Shown here: positions 47,731-60,470 of the stretch, piece by piece
Layout of the letters: each line of letters begins with the position of its first letter
Position numbering within the stretch: the stretch's first letter is position 1
Assembly (NCBI GenBank): GCA_038087875.1
Contig: CM075988.1
Coordinates: 19,594,001 to 19,658,000, forward strand
Reading direction: 5' to 3'
Source of the DNA: Malacoraja senta
Lineage: Eukaryota
Length of the DNA: 64,000 nucleotides
Notes under the pieces: model-generated
Seen by the model: only the letters and a program-made list of their open reading frames with translations
What the model was told of the DNA's origin: nothing
Databases searched by the model: none
Position numbers and translations under genes: made by a program

Positions 47731-49082
47731 CAAACTCCTGGGGCATGGTATCGACCCGAAACAATGATCTTTTTATCCCCACAGATACTGCTCAACCCAC
47801 TGATCTGCTCCAGCACTAGTTAGATGCAGTAATAGATTAACTAGTAACAGCAGAGCATTGCTGCTGAAAAGCACCAGTCATGAAGGGGTTAGCCAAGAAT
47901 TGTTAGACTGGAGCAAAGTCAACGTTTTGTGCTTCACACTCCACTGACTGCAGTGAATTTGATCCACAGGCATTGGCTGTAGATAGTGATTCAACTGGAA
48001 CAGCAAGCAGCTAATTAAGAAATGTCTTGCATTGTGTCAAGGCATATCTTCTAAAGCATTCATTACCAGAATGTAAATGTGCTTAATGTATATTCAACAG
48101 TATACTATTTACAAAGTCTACAAATTAAAAAAGATTTGTCAAATTTAAAGCATTTTCTCGGAATGTCAATATGCACATACATTCTTTAAAATTGTATCAG
48201 TGAAATGGCTTTTGTTAAGAGGACAGTGCAGTTGTAAAATGAGTCATTTGTACTCAGGTACAGTATAATGTTTATCGAAAATGTGTGTGTGTTAATGGAA
48301 AAGGAAAATCAAATGCTTATTAAATCATCGCAATAATATTTCGGAGCCACTAATCAGTGATTTTGGCAATGCCAGCCCATTGCTGTAACAAGCCAATTGG
48401 TATTGCATCAAACAGAGGATTTTGTGTATCATTGCTGACCTCGTCCATGTCAGTTCCAATGGAGCTGCAGATCTGTATTTGTTCCAGACCGCTGGGGCGG
48501 GAAGGGTGGGCAAGTGGCACAAAATCAGAGGTAGGATCAGAGGGGTGCCATTGGGAGCAGTTGTGCCGAGATTTGGGGATGGGCTGAGGCTTCTCTGAGT
48601 TCCGATAGAACGTCTGGGATCCGAACGCAAGCCTGACGCAAAGTTCACCGAATGGCAACTTGGTGGGAGAGTTGCATACTCATCGTGCAGAGAGCAGATA
48701 TGTTTTTATTGATGGTGCTGCCATTTTGGAGCTTTGACCAGGATGCCCCATCCAAGCTGGTCCCATTTGCCTGCACCCACACCCCTCCCTCCCCCCTTCA
48801 CAATAATTCTTACCGCAGGATGATCAAAACTGAATACAATATTCCAAGTGCAGCCTCACCAACGTCTTGTACAACTGTGACATAATGTCCCAACGTTTCA
48901 ACCCCTTCCCTTGACTGGTGAATGGCAGCGAGACAAAAGCATTCTTCACCACCCTATCTACTTGTGACACAGCTCTCATGGAACAATGTACTAGTACTCC
49001 TAAATCCCTCTGCTCTACAACACTTCCAAGAGCACCGTTGTGTGCTGATACCTCTCTTGGCTACTTGCAGTTCTTGCACATG

Positions 49083-49388
49083 ACACAGTGGCGCAGCGGT
49101 AGAGTTGCTGCCTTCCAGCGCCAGAGACCCATGTTCGATCCTGACTACATGTGCTGTCTGTACAGAGTTCGGATGTTCTGCGTGGGTTTTCTCCAGGTGC
49201 TCCAATTTCCTCCCACGTTCCAAAGACGTGCAGGTTTGTAGGTTAATTGGCTTGGATAAATTGCCCCTAGTGTGTAGGATGCAGAACAGGGATAACATAG
49301 AACTAGTGTACATTGATCGACATGGACTTGATGGGTTGAAGGGCCTGTTTCCTCGCTGTATCTCTGAACTAAACTAAACTAAACTAAG
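49083..49388 (+). mobile_element. V-SINE
   Basis: A/B boxes, V-core and (TAAAC)n tail. Confidence 0.88.
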
Positions 49389-50019
49389 TCAGCAAGGTCT
49401 CTGAATGTACTCAGTAAACTCAACTCTCGTCCTGAAGATAACAATGCCGTGCAATTTGTACCTCATTAGTAAAGAATAAATCAACAAAATGGAGCAGAAT
49501 CTTATATTTTGTTTGTATCCAGTCACTGAGCTCACAACACAACAGGAACAAGTACAATCGCGTTAAAATCTTTACTATAAAAGATTTTAGCTGCGTGCAA
49601 ACCAGATCACCACTCTTTGCTTCACACCTTTTGGAAATATAAACTAACTATCTGCGGTAATTGAGAATATCGTTCGATCATTATTACAGAACAATTTTTG
49701 AAGATAACAGTATTTTGCTCTGAAGAAAATGGAACCAATTCCTTTATTAGAGGATCAGTGGTTTGCAGAATGTCATGCTAATATAGTCTTATTCACCAGC
49801 ACACAGTGCAGATCAATCTACTGTTTATTTTAAAGATCTGTCCAATGATTTTTAATTTACAATAGTCATTATACTGTGTCCAGAATCACATCTATATGAG
49901 CCATTGAAATGCCAGCCAATCCTGCATAAAATCCAAGGCCACAGATCACATCCATGTATTAAATCCAAGGCCATATCTATGCACAGTATCTATGCACAGG
50001 CCACCACCCGAGTAAATGC

Positions 50020-50600
50020 AAGAGATTTACAATAAATGCTGGGTCGGCAACTTGAAAGACTAGGAACAATGGAGACTACAGACAGTAGTAGACACTGTCC
50101 AGTCCATTACAGGTACTAACCTCTCCACACTGGTAGGGTATAATATCATCATATACCCCACCTTCGCCATACACTCATCTCACTGCTACCATTGGGAAGA
50201 AGATAAGAGAGCCTGAAAACTGTAACCACCAGGTTCAAGAACAGCTTCGATCAGGCTCTTGAACGCGGCACACTAACCTCAGCAACTGTGATATTCTACG
50301 GACTGTGTCTTTGGTTGCACTATGGACCAGTTTTTGCACTATTATGGTTACCTAGTATTATGGTTATTAATTTCTTGAATTTGTTATTATTTTGTATTAT
50401 CTGAGAGTTGATGTGTTTATGGGACTGTTAAACTGCAGCAAGAAAGCATATTGTTCAATTTTTGGTATATATGACAATTAGTTTAAAGAAGGGTCTCGAC
50501 CCGAAGCGTCACCCATTCCTTCTCTCCAGAGATGCTGCTGTTATTCCAGCATTTTATGTTTATCTTTTGACAATTAGACACTCCTGACACTTGACAGTAT
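50020..50600 (+). mobile_element. REX1/Babar 3' fragment with a Penelope mini-insert
   Basis: Homologous to 15280-15820. TGACAATTAG is duplicated (50472-50481, 50568-50577) around the insert. Confidence 0.75.
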
Positions 50601-51394
50601 TTTCCTCTATAAGGGAACCACAAGGTGCAAGTCATAATTGATTGAGCTTTGCTTTCGAAGGTTTCATGTTATGAATAGCTACCTGGCAAATAGTGGATGT
50701 TCAACACTCAATGTACACAAGGATAAAATAATTCTGACTATCGAAGATTTCAAGGCAATTTCGTATAGGTAAACAAGTGAGAGATTATGACTTAGACAGA
50801 GAAGAGATCAATGGACATTCAAATGATGACATCCTAGTATTTTAAATGCTCTCATTTTAGCTAATTAGTGTGGGTGAGTTAATCCTTTGGAAAACAGCCT
50901 CCAAGCAATTAATCAGATTTTGAACAAAGAAATAAACTTTGCTAGCGGATTATGTAAAAGAGTGAACAGGCTTTGATGTTTCCGAAAAGCCGAGGCCTTT
51001 CTGTTAGAGCAATTTGCAACTGTGTTTCCCACCTGGGTGACGGACAGAATGCCTGATAATAAATAAAAACAAGCTGAAGCTGTCTTAGGGCATACCCTAA
51101 AGAATGTGAGCTTAACCTTTTAAGGAACACAACAACCTTTCCATCCCTCATGCAAACATCATAGATGAGAGACTCACAGTTCCTTGGCAGGAGCCTACAG
51201 ATAGAAATGTGCTTCACTTCCATTCCAGATGGATATAAAATCATTAATTTGATGAAATGTTTTTATAATCCTACACCGTGCATTCCACTCTTAATCAGTG
51301 TGCAAAGTCTATTTTATCTTTCTGAACTTAGAAAATGCAGAAGTGGGAGCCAGCGGCTTCCTCTCATTGAGAAACAATGCAATCAACTTGTTCT

Positions 51395-51990
51395 TCAATT
51401 TCATAGAGTCTTAGAGTCATATCGCACGGAAACAGGCCTTTTGGCCCAACTCACCCATGCTGATCAAGATGCCCGATCTAAGCTAGTCCCATTTGCCTGC
51501 AGTTAGTCCAGATCCCTCTAAACCTTTCCAACCCGCACACCTGTCCAAGTATCTTGTAAATGCTGTTATTGTACCTGCCTCAAACACCCTCTTTCGCAGC
51601 TCATTCCATATAGTAGACACAAACTGCTGGAGTAACTCAGCGGAACAGGCAGCTTCTCTGGAGAGAAGGAATAGGTGACGTTTCAGGTCAAGACCATTCT
51701 TCTGACCCAATCCATATACCCACCATGCTCTGAGTGAAAAATTTGCCCCTCAAGTATGTATTAAATCTTTCCCCTCTCAACTTAAGCCTATGTCCTCTGG
51801 TTCTCAATTCCCCCACACTAGGTGCATTCAACCTATCTATTCCACTCATGATTTTATAGACCTCTATGAGATCACACCTCAGACTCCTGCACTCCAAGGA
51901 ATAATGTCCTAACCTGTCCTACCTTTTCCCGTAGCTCAGCCCCTCAAGTCCTGGCAACATCCTCATAAATTTTCTCTGCACCCTTTCTAG
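51395..51990 (-). mobile_element. CR1 3' fragment with a Penelope mini-insert (TCCATATA TSD)
   Basis: RSLRCDLIEVYKIM...RTRGHRLKLRGERF. Confidence 0.85.
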
Positions 51991-52199
51991 TCAGACAAAT
52001 ACCAGAATGAATCCAGAGATGAAGCAACAAAGCTGGGAAAGAAAGATGTCTCTCCAAGAAATAAAGGGATTACAAAAGATAAATAGTGGGATGCTATCGA
52101 TGTAACTGGATGTTCTATAAGCCCAAAATCATATTGTGGAGATTGACAACAAGATGCAGGGAAATGTGAAGACATGCTTATTTTTTCAGACAACAGCTA

Positions 52200-52935
52200 A
52201 AATATTTACGAGGATGCTGCCAGGATTCGGGGCCCTGAGCTACAGGGAGAGGGTTAGGCAGGCTAGAACTTTATTGGAATGCTGGAGACTGAGGGGTGAC
52301 CTAACAGAGGTGTATAAGCTCATGAGAAGAATAAAAAGAGTGACTGCACAGAGTCTTTTTTTCCCATGGTAGGGGAATTAATGACCAGAGGTTACAGGTT
52401 TAAGGTGAAAGGGGAAAGATTCAATAGGAAACCGAGGGGCAACATTTTCAATCAGAGGGTGGTGGGTATATGGAACAATTTGCCAGATGAAGTAGTTGAG
52501 GCAGGTACAATAACAACACTTTAAAGTCATTTGGATGGGTACAAGAAAAGGAAAGGTTGAGCGGAAAATCAGATTCAGATTCAGATTCAGATTCAAACTT
52601 CATTGTCATTGTGCAGTGTACAAGTACAGAGACAACTAAATGCAGTTAGCATCTCACCCAGAAGTGTGAACACAGAATAATGGAACAGTAATATATATAT
52701 ATGTACATACAGTAGCAGTAGTGCAATTTTCAGGGGGGGGGGGGGAGGGAGATCAATCACTGGGGGAAGGAGTGTCCGGGGGGTGACTGGCAATCACCAA
52801 GGTGCAGAGTTAAGTAGAGTAACATAACATGGGACAAATGCGAGCATATGGGACTAGCTTAGATGGGACATTGTGATCAGCATGGACAGGTTGGGCTGAA
52901 GGTCCTGTTTCCGAGCTGTATGACTCTATGACTCT
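52200..52935 (+). mobile_element. CR1 3' fragment interrupted by a REX1-like tail (52565-52825, minus)
   Basis: FTRMLPG..LSYRER..RLRGDLTEVYKLM, with a GACTCTATGACTCT tail at ~52925. Confidence 0.8.
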
Positions 52936-53270
52936 GTTTAGGGATTTGACAAAAAGCATTTCAGAGATGATGCCTGACCCGCTCAGTTTCTCCAGCACTT
53001 TGTGTCTATCGTCAACTTATATATTTGTCATGCTAGAGGTTTGGCCATCTACATTTATGTAAAACTAGACTCAGTGGGACCAGTTGGGTCCCATGTTCAC
53101 ACGGGAGGGCTGGTCACCCAACGCAATATTCCACCTCTCCACCAATTCCAATATTGGTGGCCAGTGGGGGGGGGGGGGGAGGCTTTCTGGAGCACTATTA
53201 TGGGTGTTGTGAGCCAAAGGGACTGGTTTCCAGAGGGCTAGTATGGACATTGTGGGCTGAATGGATTCTT

Positions 53271-53375
53271 GGGCTCGCAGCTCAATCACTCGGGCCTGGT
53301 GGGCTGGCAGCTCAGTCACTCAGGCCTGGTGGGCTGGCAGCTCAGTCACTCAGGCCTGGTGGGCTGGCAGCTCAG
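53271..53375 (+). repeat. 30-bp tandem repeat x3.5
   Basis: GGGCTGGCAGCTCAGTCACTCAGGCCTGGT. Confidence 0.9.
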
Positions 53376-53819
53376 AAACTGCCAGAAATTCTGCCCAAAA
53401 CAGGTGAGAGACTCTGTGAGAGAGAAGGGGGAGAGGGTGGAGAATCAATTTTAGACATTTTTCATCTTTTTCTGCAGATCACAGCAATGAAGGAGGAAAG
53501 TCTATCCTGGCCTGGATCTCACAGGGACCCAATGAAGGGAGGGAGAAAAATACTGGGGTGAGGTTTAATACTTGCAGGGGGAATATTTACTGATGGGCCG
53601 AAGGGACTCCTCCTGGGCTAGTACAGGCCTGATGGGCCAAAGGGACTCTTTAAAAAAATCTGAGTGAAATCTCAGTGAAATGCACTTTTTCTGGACTTTT
53701 CCTGGCCTGGCACAGGCCTTTTAGGCCAAAATGCTCCTCCTGGGCTAATACAGGCATTTTGGCCAACAGGGACTGGTTTCTCGGCTAATAGGGGCCTTGT
53801 GGGCCAAAATTAGTGCTTT

Positions 53820-54415
53820 CAGGCAGGCCAAACAACTCATTTCATTTCATTTCCATTTCCATTTCAAGCACAGGGCAGGCCAAACAACTCTTTTCATTTA
53901 GTTTCCATTTCTATTTCAATTTCAAGCACAGGACAGGCCAAACAACACTTTTCATTTAATTTCCATTTCCATTTCAATTTCAATTTCAAGCACAGGTCAG
54001 GCCAAACAACTCATTGCATTTTCATTTCATTTCCATTTTGCATTGCCTTTCAAGCACAGGGCAGGCCAAACAACTCATTACATTGTCATTTAATTTCCAT
54101 TTTGCATTGCCGTTTCATGCACAGGGCAGGCCAAACAACTCATTGCATTTTCATTTCATTTCCATTTTGCATTGCCGTTTCAAGCACAGGGCAGGCCAAA
54201 CAACTCATTGCATTGTCATTTCATTTCCATTTTGCATTGCCATTTCAAGCAAAGGACAGGCCAAACAACTCATTGCATTGTCATTTCATTTCCATTTTGC
54301 ATTACTGTTTCAAGCACAGGTCAGGCCAAACAACTCATTGCATAGTCATTTAATTTCCATTTTGCATTGCTGTTTCAAGCACAGGGCAGGCCAAACAACT
54401 CATTGCATTTTCATT
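53820..54415 (+). repeat. Minisatellite, about 9 units, 65-bp period in the distal copies
   Basis: CAAGCACAGGGCAGGCCAAACAACTCATTGCATT... starts recur at 53865, 53923, 53987, 54051, 54116, 54181, 54246, 54311 and 54376. Confidence 0.95.
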
Positions 54416-54974
54416 AATGGCTAACAAATAATTTATTGCAAGTACATTCCAGACTCATAGTTCAGTTGATTCATTGATTAGAATCACAGTTGTGGCCTCT
54501 CCCTTGCGATCTTCCAGAGTGACTGACTCACGTTCAGGCATCCGGGGTTTTATAGTCCTGCCCATCCCCGGAAGGGACGTTACCTTCATCGTGGTGATTG
54601 ACAGGTGAGAGGACCAATCAGCTGATCTCAAGATTTTTTAAACATACATAACTTTTTTATTTTCCATCGATCAGAAAAATCCTCAGGGCTGCCTCAGCAG
54701 AGGAGGACTGTGAGTAAGATGGCCAAAAATCATAGCGATATAGGGTAGCGTTATTTCTAAAATCAATTAACAGTAAGTGGTCAAGATGAGACTTTTAGTT
54801 ATATAGATAACATGAACGTCAATAAATTAACAGTGTGAACTCGAAATGATCATTATTTTCAATCCAGAACAAAACATTACAAACCAAAATCGGAATAACG
54901 TCGGGAACAATTCTGATATCTCACGTTTAATCCTCATTTGAGATGAATAAACTGTAGTTTATTCCGAGCCAGAG

Positions 54975-55420
54975 TCAGAGTCGGAGCTCCAACCAGCGCG
55001 ACCTGAAGACGACGGGCGTCGCAGTCTCCGGGGAGGGAGCAGCTGCTCCAGACATTTCCCGTGCCGCTGAGGACTTTCCACCCGATGCCGGTGTTCTATC
55101 TTCCCGGCAGGTGGGCCTACAACATCGGGCCGCCGTTGCGGCGACTGGCTGTGGAGGCCTCAAACTGGCCCCAACCTCGGGTGGACTAGGAGGAGGCTGA
55201 GGAGGACTGGACATTTTGGTGCCTTCCCTCACAGTGGAGAGTGTCGATTCTGCTGTGGGGGGATGTTCGTGTTGAATCTCTTATAGTGTGCTGTGTCTTT
55301 TTTCTACCTCTTTTGTTTTTCATTTATATGGATAATTTTCTCTGTAAAGCACTTTGGCTTCATTGATTGAAATTGATTGAAAAGTGCTATTTAAATAAAT
55401 TTACTTTACTTTACTTTACT
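54975..55420 (+). mobile_element. GC-rich retroposon with an L2-type tail
   Basis: Core GCCTTCCCTCACAGTG, tail TGTAAAGCACTTTGG...AAAGTGCTATTTAAATAAA(TTTAC)n. Confidence 0.7.
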
Positions 55421-55659
55421 AGTGTTTCAAATCTATAAATGTATTCATTTCAGAAATAATTTTCCATAATTGTATAATTCTTTACCCAATTAAAGCTTTA
55501 TTAGGGTGTTACTAAAAAGTAGCAGAATATAACAGACTGTCAAGTCATTATAGAGGATAATTTGTAATAAAAGTTATATTAAATAATAAAAGTAAATACA
55601 ATTGCTGCAAAGCAAATGTGATTATGATATTTAGATTTCAAAAAATCATTATGTAAATT

Positions 55660-55870
55660 TAATAATAATAATAATAATAATAATAATAGCTTTTATTTAT
55701 GGGTGCCTTATACCGAGGTCTCAAGGACACCTTACAGAGATTGACAAATAGGAAACATATAATCGGAATAAAATAAATTATAAAGACCAATACACAAATT
55801 AAGGACAGAATTCTTTCCAAAGACACAAAAAAAGAAAATCAGAAACACAATTTGAGGAGAGAGCAGTTAC
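55660..55870 (-). mobile_element. L2-type 3' tail
   Basis: Minus strand reads TGTAAGGTGTCCTTGAG...AAGGCACCCATAAATAAAAGC(TAT)n. Confidence 0.7.
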
Positions 55871-56059
55871 AATTATTGGCAAAATGAAATAATATTAACA
55901 TTATCAAATACATATATGCATACATATATAGCCACATACACACATACGCTGGTGTCAAGGGTTATGGGGAGAAGGCGGAGTAGACTTGATGGGCCGAATG
56001 GCCTAATTCTGCTGCTGTTGCTTATGATGCCATGTTTATAGGATTTCCAACTTTGTAAT

Positions 56060-56710
56060 TTCAAAGTTTTCAAAGGTTTCAAAGGTCTTTTATTGTCACG
56101 TGTACCAATTAAGGTACAGTGATATGCGAATTATCATACAGCCATACCAAAAAAGCAACAAGACATACAACTACATAAAATTTAACATAAACATCCACCA
56201 CAGCGGATTCCCCACAATCCTCACTGTGATGGAAGGCAACAGAGTCTAATTTTCTTCCCTCGTTTTTCTCCTGCAGTCGGGGCAGTCGAACCATCTGCCG
56301 GGGCGATCAAAGCTCCCGCTTCGGCGCGATCGAAGCTCCCACGTCAGGGTGGTGGAAGCTCCTGCATTGGGGCAATTGAAGCTCCTGCGTCGGGGTGGTC
56401 GAAGCTCCTGCGGCTTGGAGTTTCCGATGTTGGTCTCTAACCAGAGACCGCGAGCTCCACGATGGTAAGTCCACAGGCACCCGCGGTGGAGCTCTCGAAG
56501 TCGGTCTCCAGCAAAGGCCGTCAACTCCTCGATGATAGGCCACAGAGATACGATATGGAAAAAAATCCCATCTCTTTCGAGGTAAGAGATTAGAAAAAGT
56601 TTCCCCCAACCTCCTCCCCCACCCAAACAAACTAAAGATCACTAAAAGCATACATTTAACACATACAAAAAAAACAATGAAGATGAAAAGGGGCAGACAG
56701 ACTGTTGGTA
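56060..56710 (-). mobile_element. GC-rich retroposon with a REX1-type tail
   Basis: Core GCCTTCCATCACAGTGAGGA, internal ~30-bp GAAGCTCC repeats, GACAATAAA plus (CTTTGAAA)n tail. Confidence 0.72.
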
Positions 56711-57709
56711 AGTTAAGGTGAGGTAAATGTGAGGTGGATGCATAAAACGTGTGGCTAATGTTACAGTAGATAAGATGATCCAGAGTTTTTGTTAAAATCA
56801 GTATTCTGCCCTGGCCACAGACATTTTTGCAAATTACCGCATCCAGCATCTGTATTATCTATTCCTTGAAATCCAACAGATAAAGGATCATTTCCTGCAA
56901 GCCACAATTGTCTTTTAGCAAATTTATAAACCCTTCAATTAATTTGCATTTACTCCCTGGCTGTGTTTGTACAGATTAAAAATGACTCACTGGCATTAAA
57001 ATCCAGAGCTTTATGTTTTTTTTGAAGTTGATAATATTTTCTCCAAATTAAATAAAATGCATGCATGACAAAGAACCTTCTTGCCCCAGCTCTTCAACAT
57101 TGCAAATGTGGCTGTGGCTAATCTAATTGCTGCTCAGTATATACAGGAAAGTGGATTAGAATGAACTGGCATTTATTCATAATTTTCCAGTTGATATAAG
57201 TGGCATCATCTCTATATATCTCATGGAAATGGTGCCTTTCCTCTACACTCCTTCCAATCACATTGAAAAGACTTGGAGGAATTGCCACAGAAGGCTGTGG
57301 AGGCCAAGTCAATGGATATTTTTAGGGCAGAAATTGAAAGATCCTTGATTAGTAAGGGTGTTAGGGGTTATGGGGAGAAGGTGGGAGAATCTAGTTAGGA
57401 GGGAGAGATAGATCAGCCATGATTGAATGGTGGAGTAGACTTGATGGGCCGAATGGCCTAATTCTGCTCCTATCACATGTCAACATCAATTTTGGCTGAA
57501 TGCCAAAAAACAAATTTCAACACTGCACACAATAGATACATAATCAAAGAGTTGCTATTGCATGCGTAAAACAATGAACTGCAGATGCTTGTTTACACTA
57601 AAGGACACAAAATACTGGAGAAACTCAGCGGGTCAAGCAGCATCTGTGTAGAACATGGATAGGTGATCTTGTAGATTGGGTCTGAAGAAGGTTCCTGACC
57701 TCCTTTGGA

Positions 57710-57995
57710 ACAGCTCAGTGGTGCTGCAGTAAAGTTGTTGCCTTACAGCACCAGAGACCCGGGTTCGATGGTAACATTGATGCTGTCTGTACGGAGTTTA
57801 TACGTTATACGTTCTCCACATGCTCCGGTTTCCTCCCACACTCCAAAGGCATACAGGTTTGTAGGTTTATTGGCTTCAGTAAAATTGTAAATTGTCCCTG
57901 GTGTATAGGATAGTGCTAGTGTATGGGGTTTGCTGTTCGGCGCGGACTCAGTGGCCCAAAGTGCCTGTTTTCACGCTGTATCTCTAAAGTCTAAA
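57710..57995 (+). mobile_element. V-SINE inside a Penelope fold-back element (57570-58082)
   Basis: SINE head, core and tail, with pLTR arms on both sides. Confidence 0.8.
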
Positions 57996-59739
57996 TATTG
58001 TCTAAAGACCCAATACGTCACAAATCCACGTTCTCCAGAGATGCTGCTTGGCCCACTAAGTTACTCCAGCACTTTGTGTCCTAATTGTTATAGCATATTG
58101 TGTTAATAGTAATCTGGTCGGTTACATTTTCTCATTCTTTTCCTGTAGCCCCAAAGGTTATTTTCACTCAATAGTCAACCCAATTCCCTCTTTAAAGCCC
58201 TGTTTCCATGATCCCCAGATGTATCTGATGATACTACAAAATACATTTTGTAGTGAGCTGGATAAGTGTAACGATAGCAAAACACAAAGTGCTGGAGTAG
58301 GTCTGGCTTCTGTGGAGGGAATGGACAGATGACGTTTCAGTCCGTGGACCGGACGCGACCTACAGCGGTGGAGGACACCACGGTTACGCTTGGCCAGGCC
58401 AACCCTGCAACGCCTCCAGTACAACAGACCTTCATGGTCAGGTCAAGGTCCCTGCACGTACAACAACTGGGACTTGAAAATGGCGGCAAACTGGCGATGC
58501 CATATAGTCTCAGATACTTAGATACATATCAGATGCAGTACCCTGCTATACACGTGTACTGTATCTGATATGTATCTAAGTGCTTATGTATAGTGATACT
58601 TGTACCGAACTGTATACAAAAATGAAACAGTCGGGTATGGGAAATGGAGTCCCAGTGAATCGGCGGCATCGTGGGGCCTCGGTGGCGGCGGGAACCTCGA
58701 TGGGGTGGGGCCTCGCGATCGACCCGTGATCGGTGGTCGATGAGCGTGAGGGGGGAGGGGAAGACAATGGGGACCCGGTGTGGGGGGACCGCCGAGAGGG
58801 CTGTTGGGAGAACAAGAGGATTCTAAACTAGAGTGCGGGGAGGGGGGGCGGGGGCACTCTAGTTTAGAATCCTCTGTCCAGGGGATAAGTCTATGTTTGT
58901 TTGTTTGTTTGTTCATTTGTTCCGGTGAAGGCGCTGTGCACACGGCAGCCGGCCAACACTCGCTTGTCTTTTTCTTTTTTCACTTTTAATTTCAAGTTTT
59001 CATGTACCTTATTGTGTGTTGTGACTGTTGGCAGACCAATTTCCCTCTGGGAATGAATCAAGTTTTATCGTATCGTAATCTGACGAGAGAGTGGGGGCAA
59101 GCATTGCAGTGAGTAGGAGGGAGTTTTATTTGTCTGTATTTTGACATAATCAGTGGCAGTGTATCTGTAGTTTGTAATGTCTTTTGATTTTATTCAATGG
59201 ACCAACAGCATAAAAATAATCTAAAATGTTCTCTGAGTAGAGAAATTCCGAAGGGTTATTATGAACATTAGCAGCAATAACTTTGATTTATGTGTAATTT
59301 GATGTAAGGAAGCTTTCTAAAATGTGTCCTAACTAGTTTTAAGAGAAACGGTTCAGGCGTGTAAGTGGTGTTCGGTGGGATGGCATAACCAACAAGGTAT
59401 TTCCTCACTATAATTCTTTGTTTCACTTCTAATCTCCAATCTCCATTATTTATTGATGTAACATAACGCACTTCATACTAAAGATCCATCATGAAGTAAC
59501 AAGTAATTATCTGTATTTTGGTTAAGGAGTAGATAGTGGCCATGGCATTGGGATCCAACACCTTCTTCTTCAAATGCTGCCATCCAAGAGTTCACTTATG
59601 TGCTTAAATGCTGTTGCCAGGAGGTTACCCAGACTTGTAGTTTAAAATTTCAGGGAGAGGTTGGATGGGTTGTGACTTATTCCCTTTGGAACGTAAGGGG
59701 CTGAGGGTTGACCTTATTGAGGTGTACAAGTGTTTGCTT

Positions 59740-60470
59740 TATCAATGCCCCTCGTGATCTTGTAAACTTCCATAGGGTCTTGTACACCTCAGCCTCCTAT
59801 ACCCAAAGAAAAACATCCCAGCCAATTCAGCCTCTCCCTATAACCCATCTATTACTCCAAGTAACATCCTGGTGAATCTCTTCACATGCTTGATCAATGG
59901 TGTTTTATCATTAATGTTTTATTATTATTAATGTTTAGTGTTTTCTGAGTCATTCGTAACTGTCACTGTATGTTATGTTGTTATTTGTGGGTGGAGCACC
60001 AAGGCAAATTCCTTGTATGTGAATACTTGGCCAATAAACTTACTTACTTACTTCTGCACACTTCCCCACTTAATGACATCCTTCCTATAGCTGGGCGACT
60101 AGAACTGCACACGGTATCTCCAACTGTGGTCTTGCCAACAACTTGTACAACTGCATCATGATGTCCAAACTTTTGCCCTCAACACTCTTCCCAATAAAGG
60201 CAAGCATGCTAAACACCCTTTTCACCACACCATCACTGGCCTTGCTACTTTTAAGGAACTGTACTCCCAGATATCTCTGTTCCACAACACTTCAGATTTT
60301 TACCATTTACTGTGTAACTCCTCTCCTGGTTTGACATACCAACGTGCAACACCTCACACTCGTCAGAGTTAAATTCCATTTGCCATTTCTTGACCCACAT
60401 TGCCAACTAGATCTTGCTGTAAACATAGACATCCTTCCACACTGTCCACTGTGCCACCAATTTTGGCATT
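59740..60470 (-). mobile_element. Degraded CR1 ORF2 fragment with a REX1-like tail insert (59885-60050)
   Basis: EQRYLGVQ...VVKRVFSMLAFI...MQLYKLLARPQLE motifs. Confidence 0.8.

Larger units (their letters stand above)
53065..54807 (-). mobile_element. Non-autonomous Helitron carrying minisatellites
   Basis: A|CTAG at 53064-53068 with hairpin GGGACC(A)GTTGGGTCCC. The other end reads ...ACTTTTAGTTATATAGA|T (5'-TC on minus). A^T target, no TSD. Confidence 0.87.

Noticed and set aside
53820..54415. Regularly spaced CAAGCACAGGGCAGGCCAAACAACTC as a CRISPR-like array
   Set aside because: The intervening sequences are near-identical (CATTT-rich), not unique spacers. The context is eukaryotic with no cas genes, so this is a minisatellite.
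56246..56849. 126-aa and 180-aa minus-strand ORFs
   Set aside because: They overlap a non-autonomous retroposon with internal tandem repeats and have no LINE or host domain.
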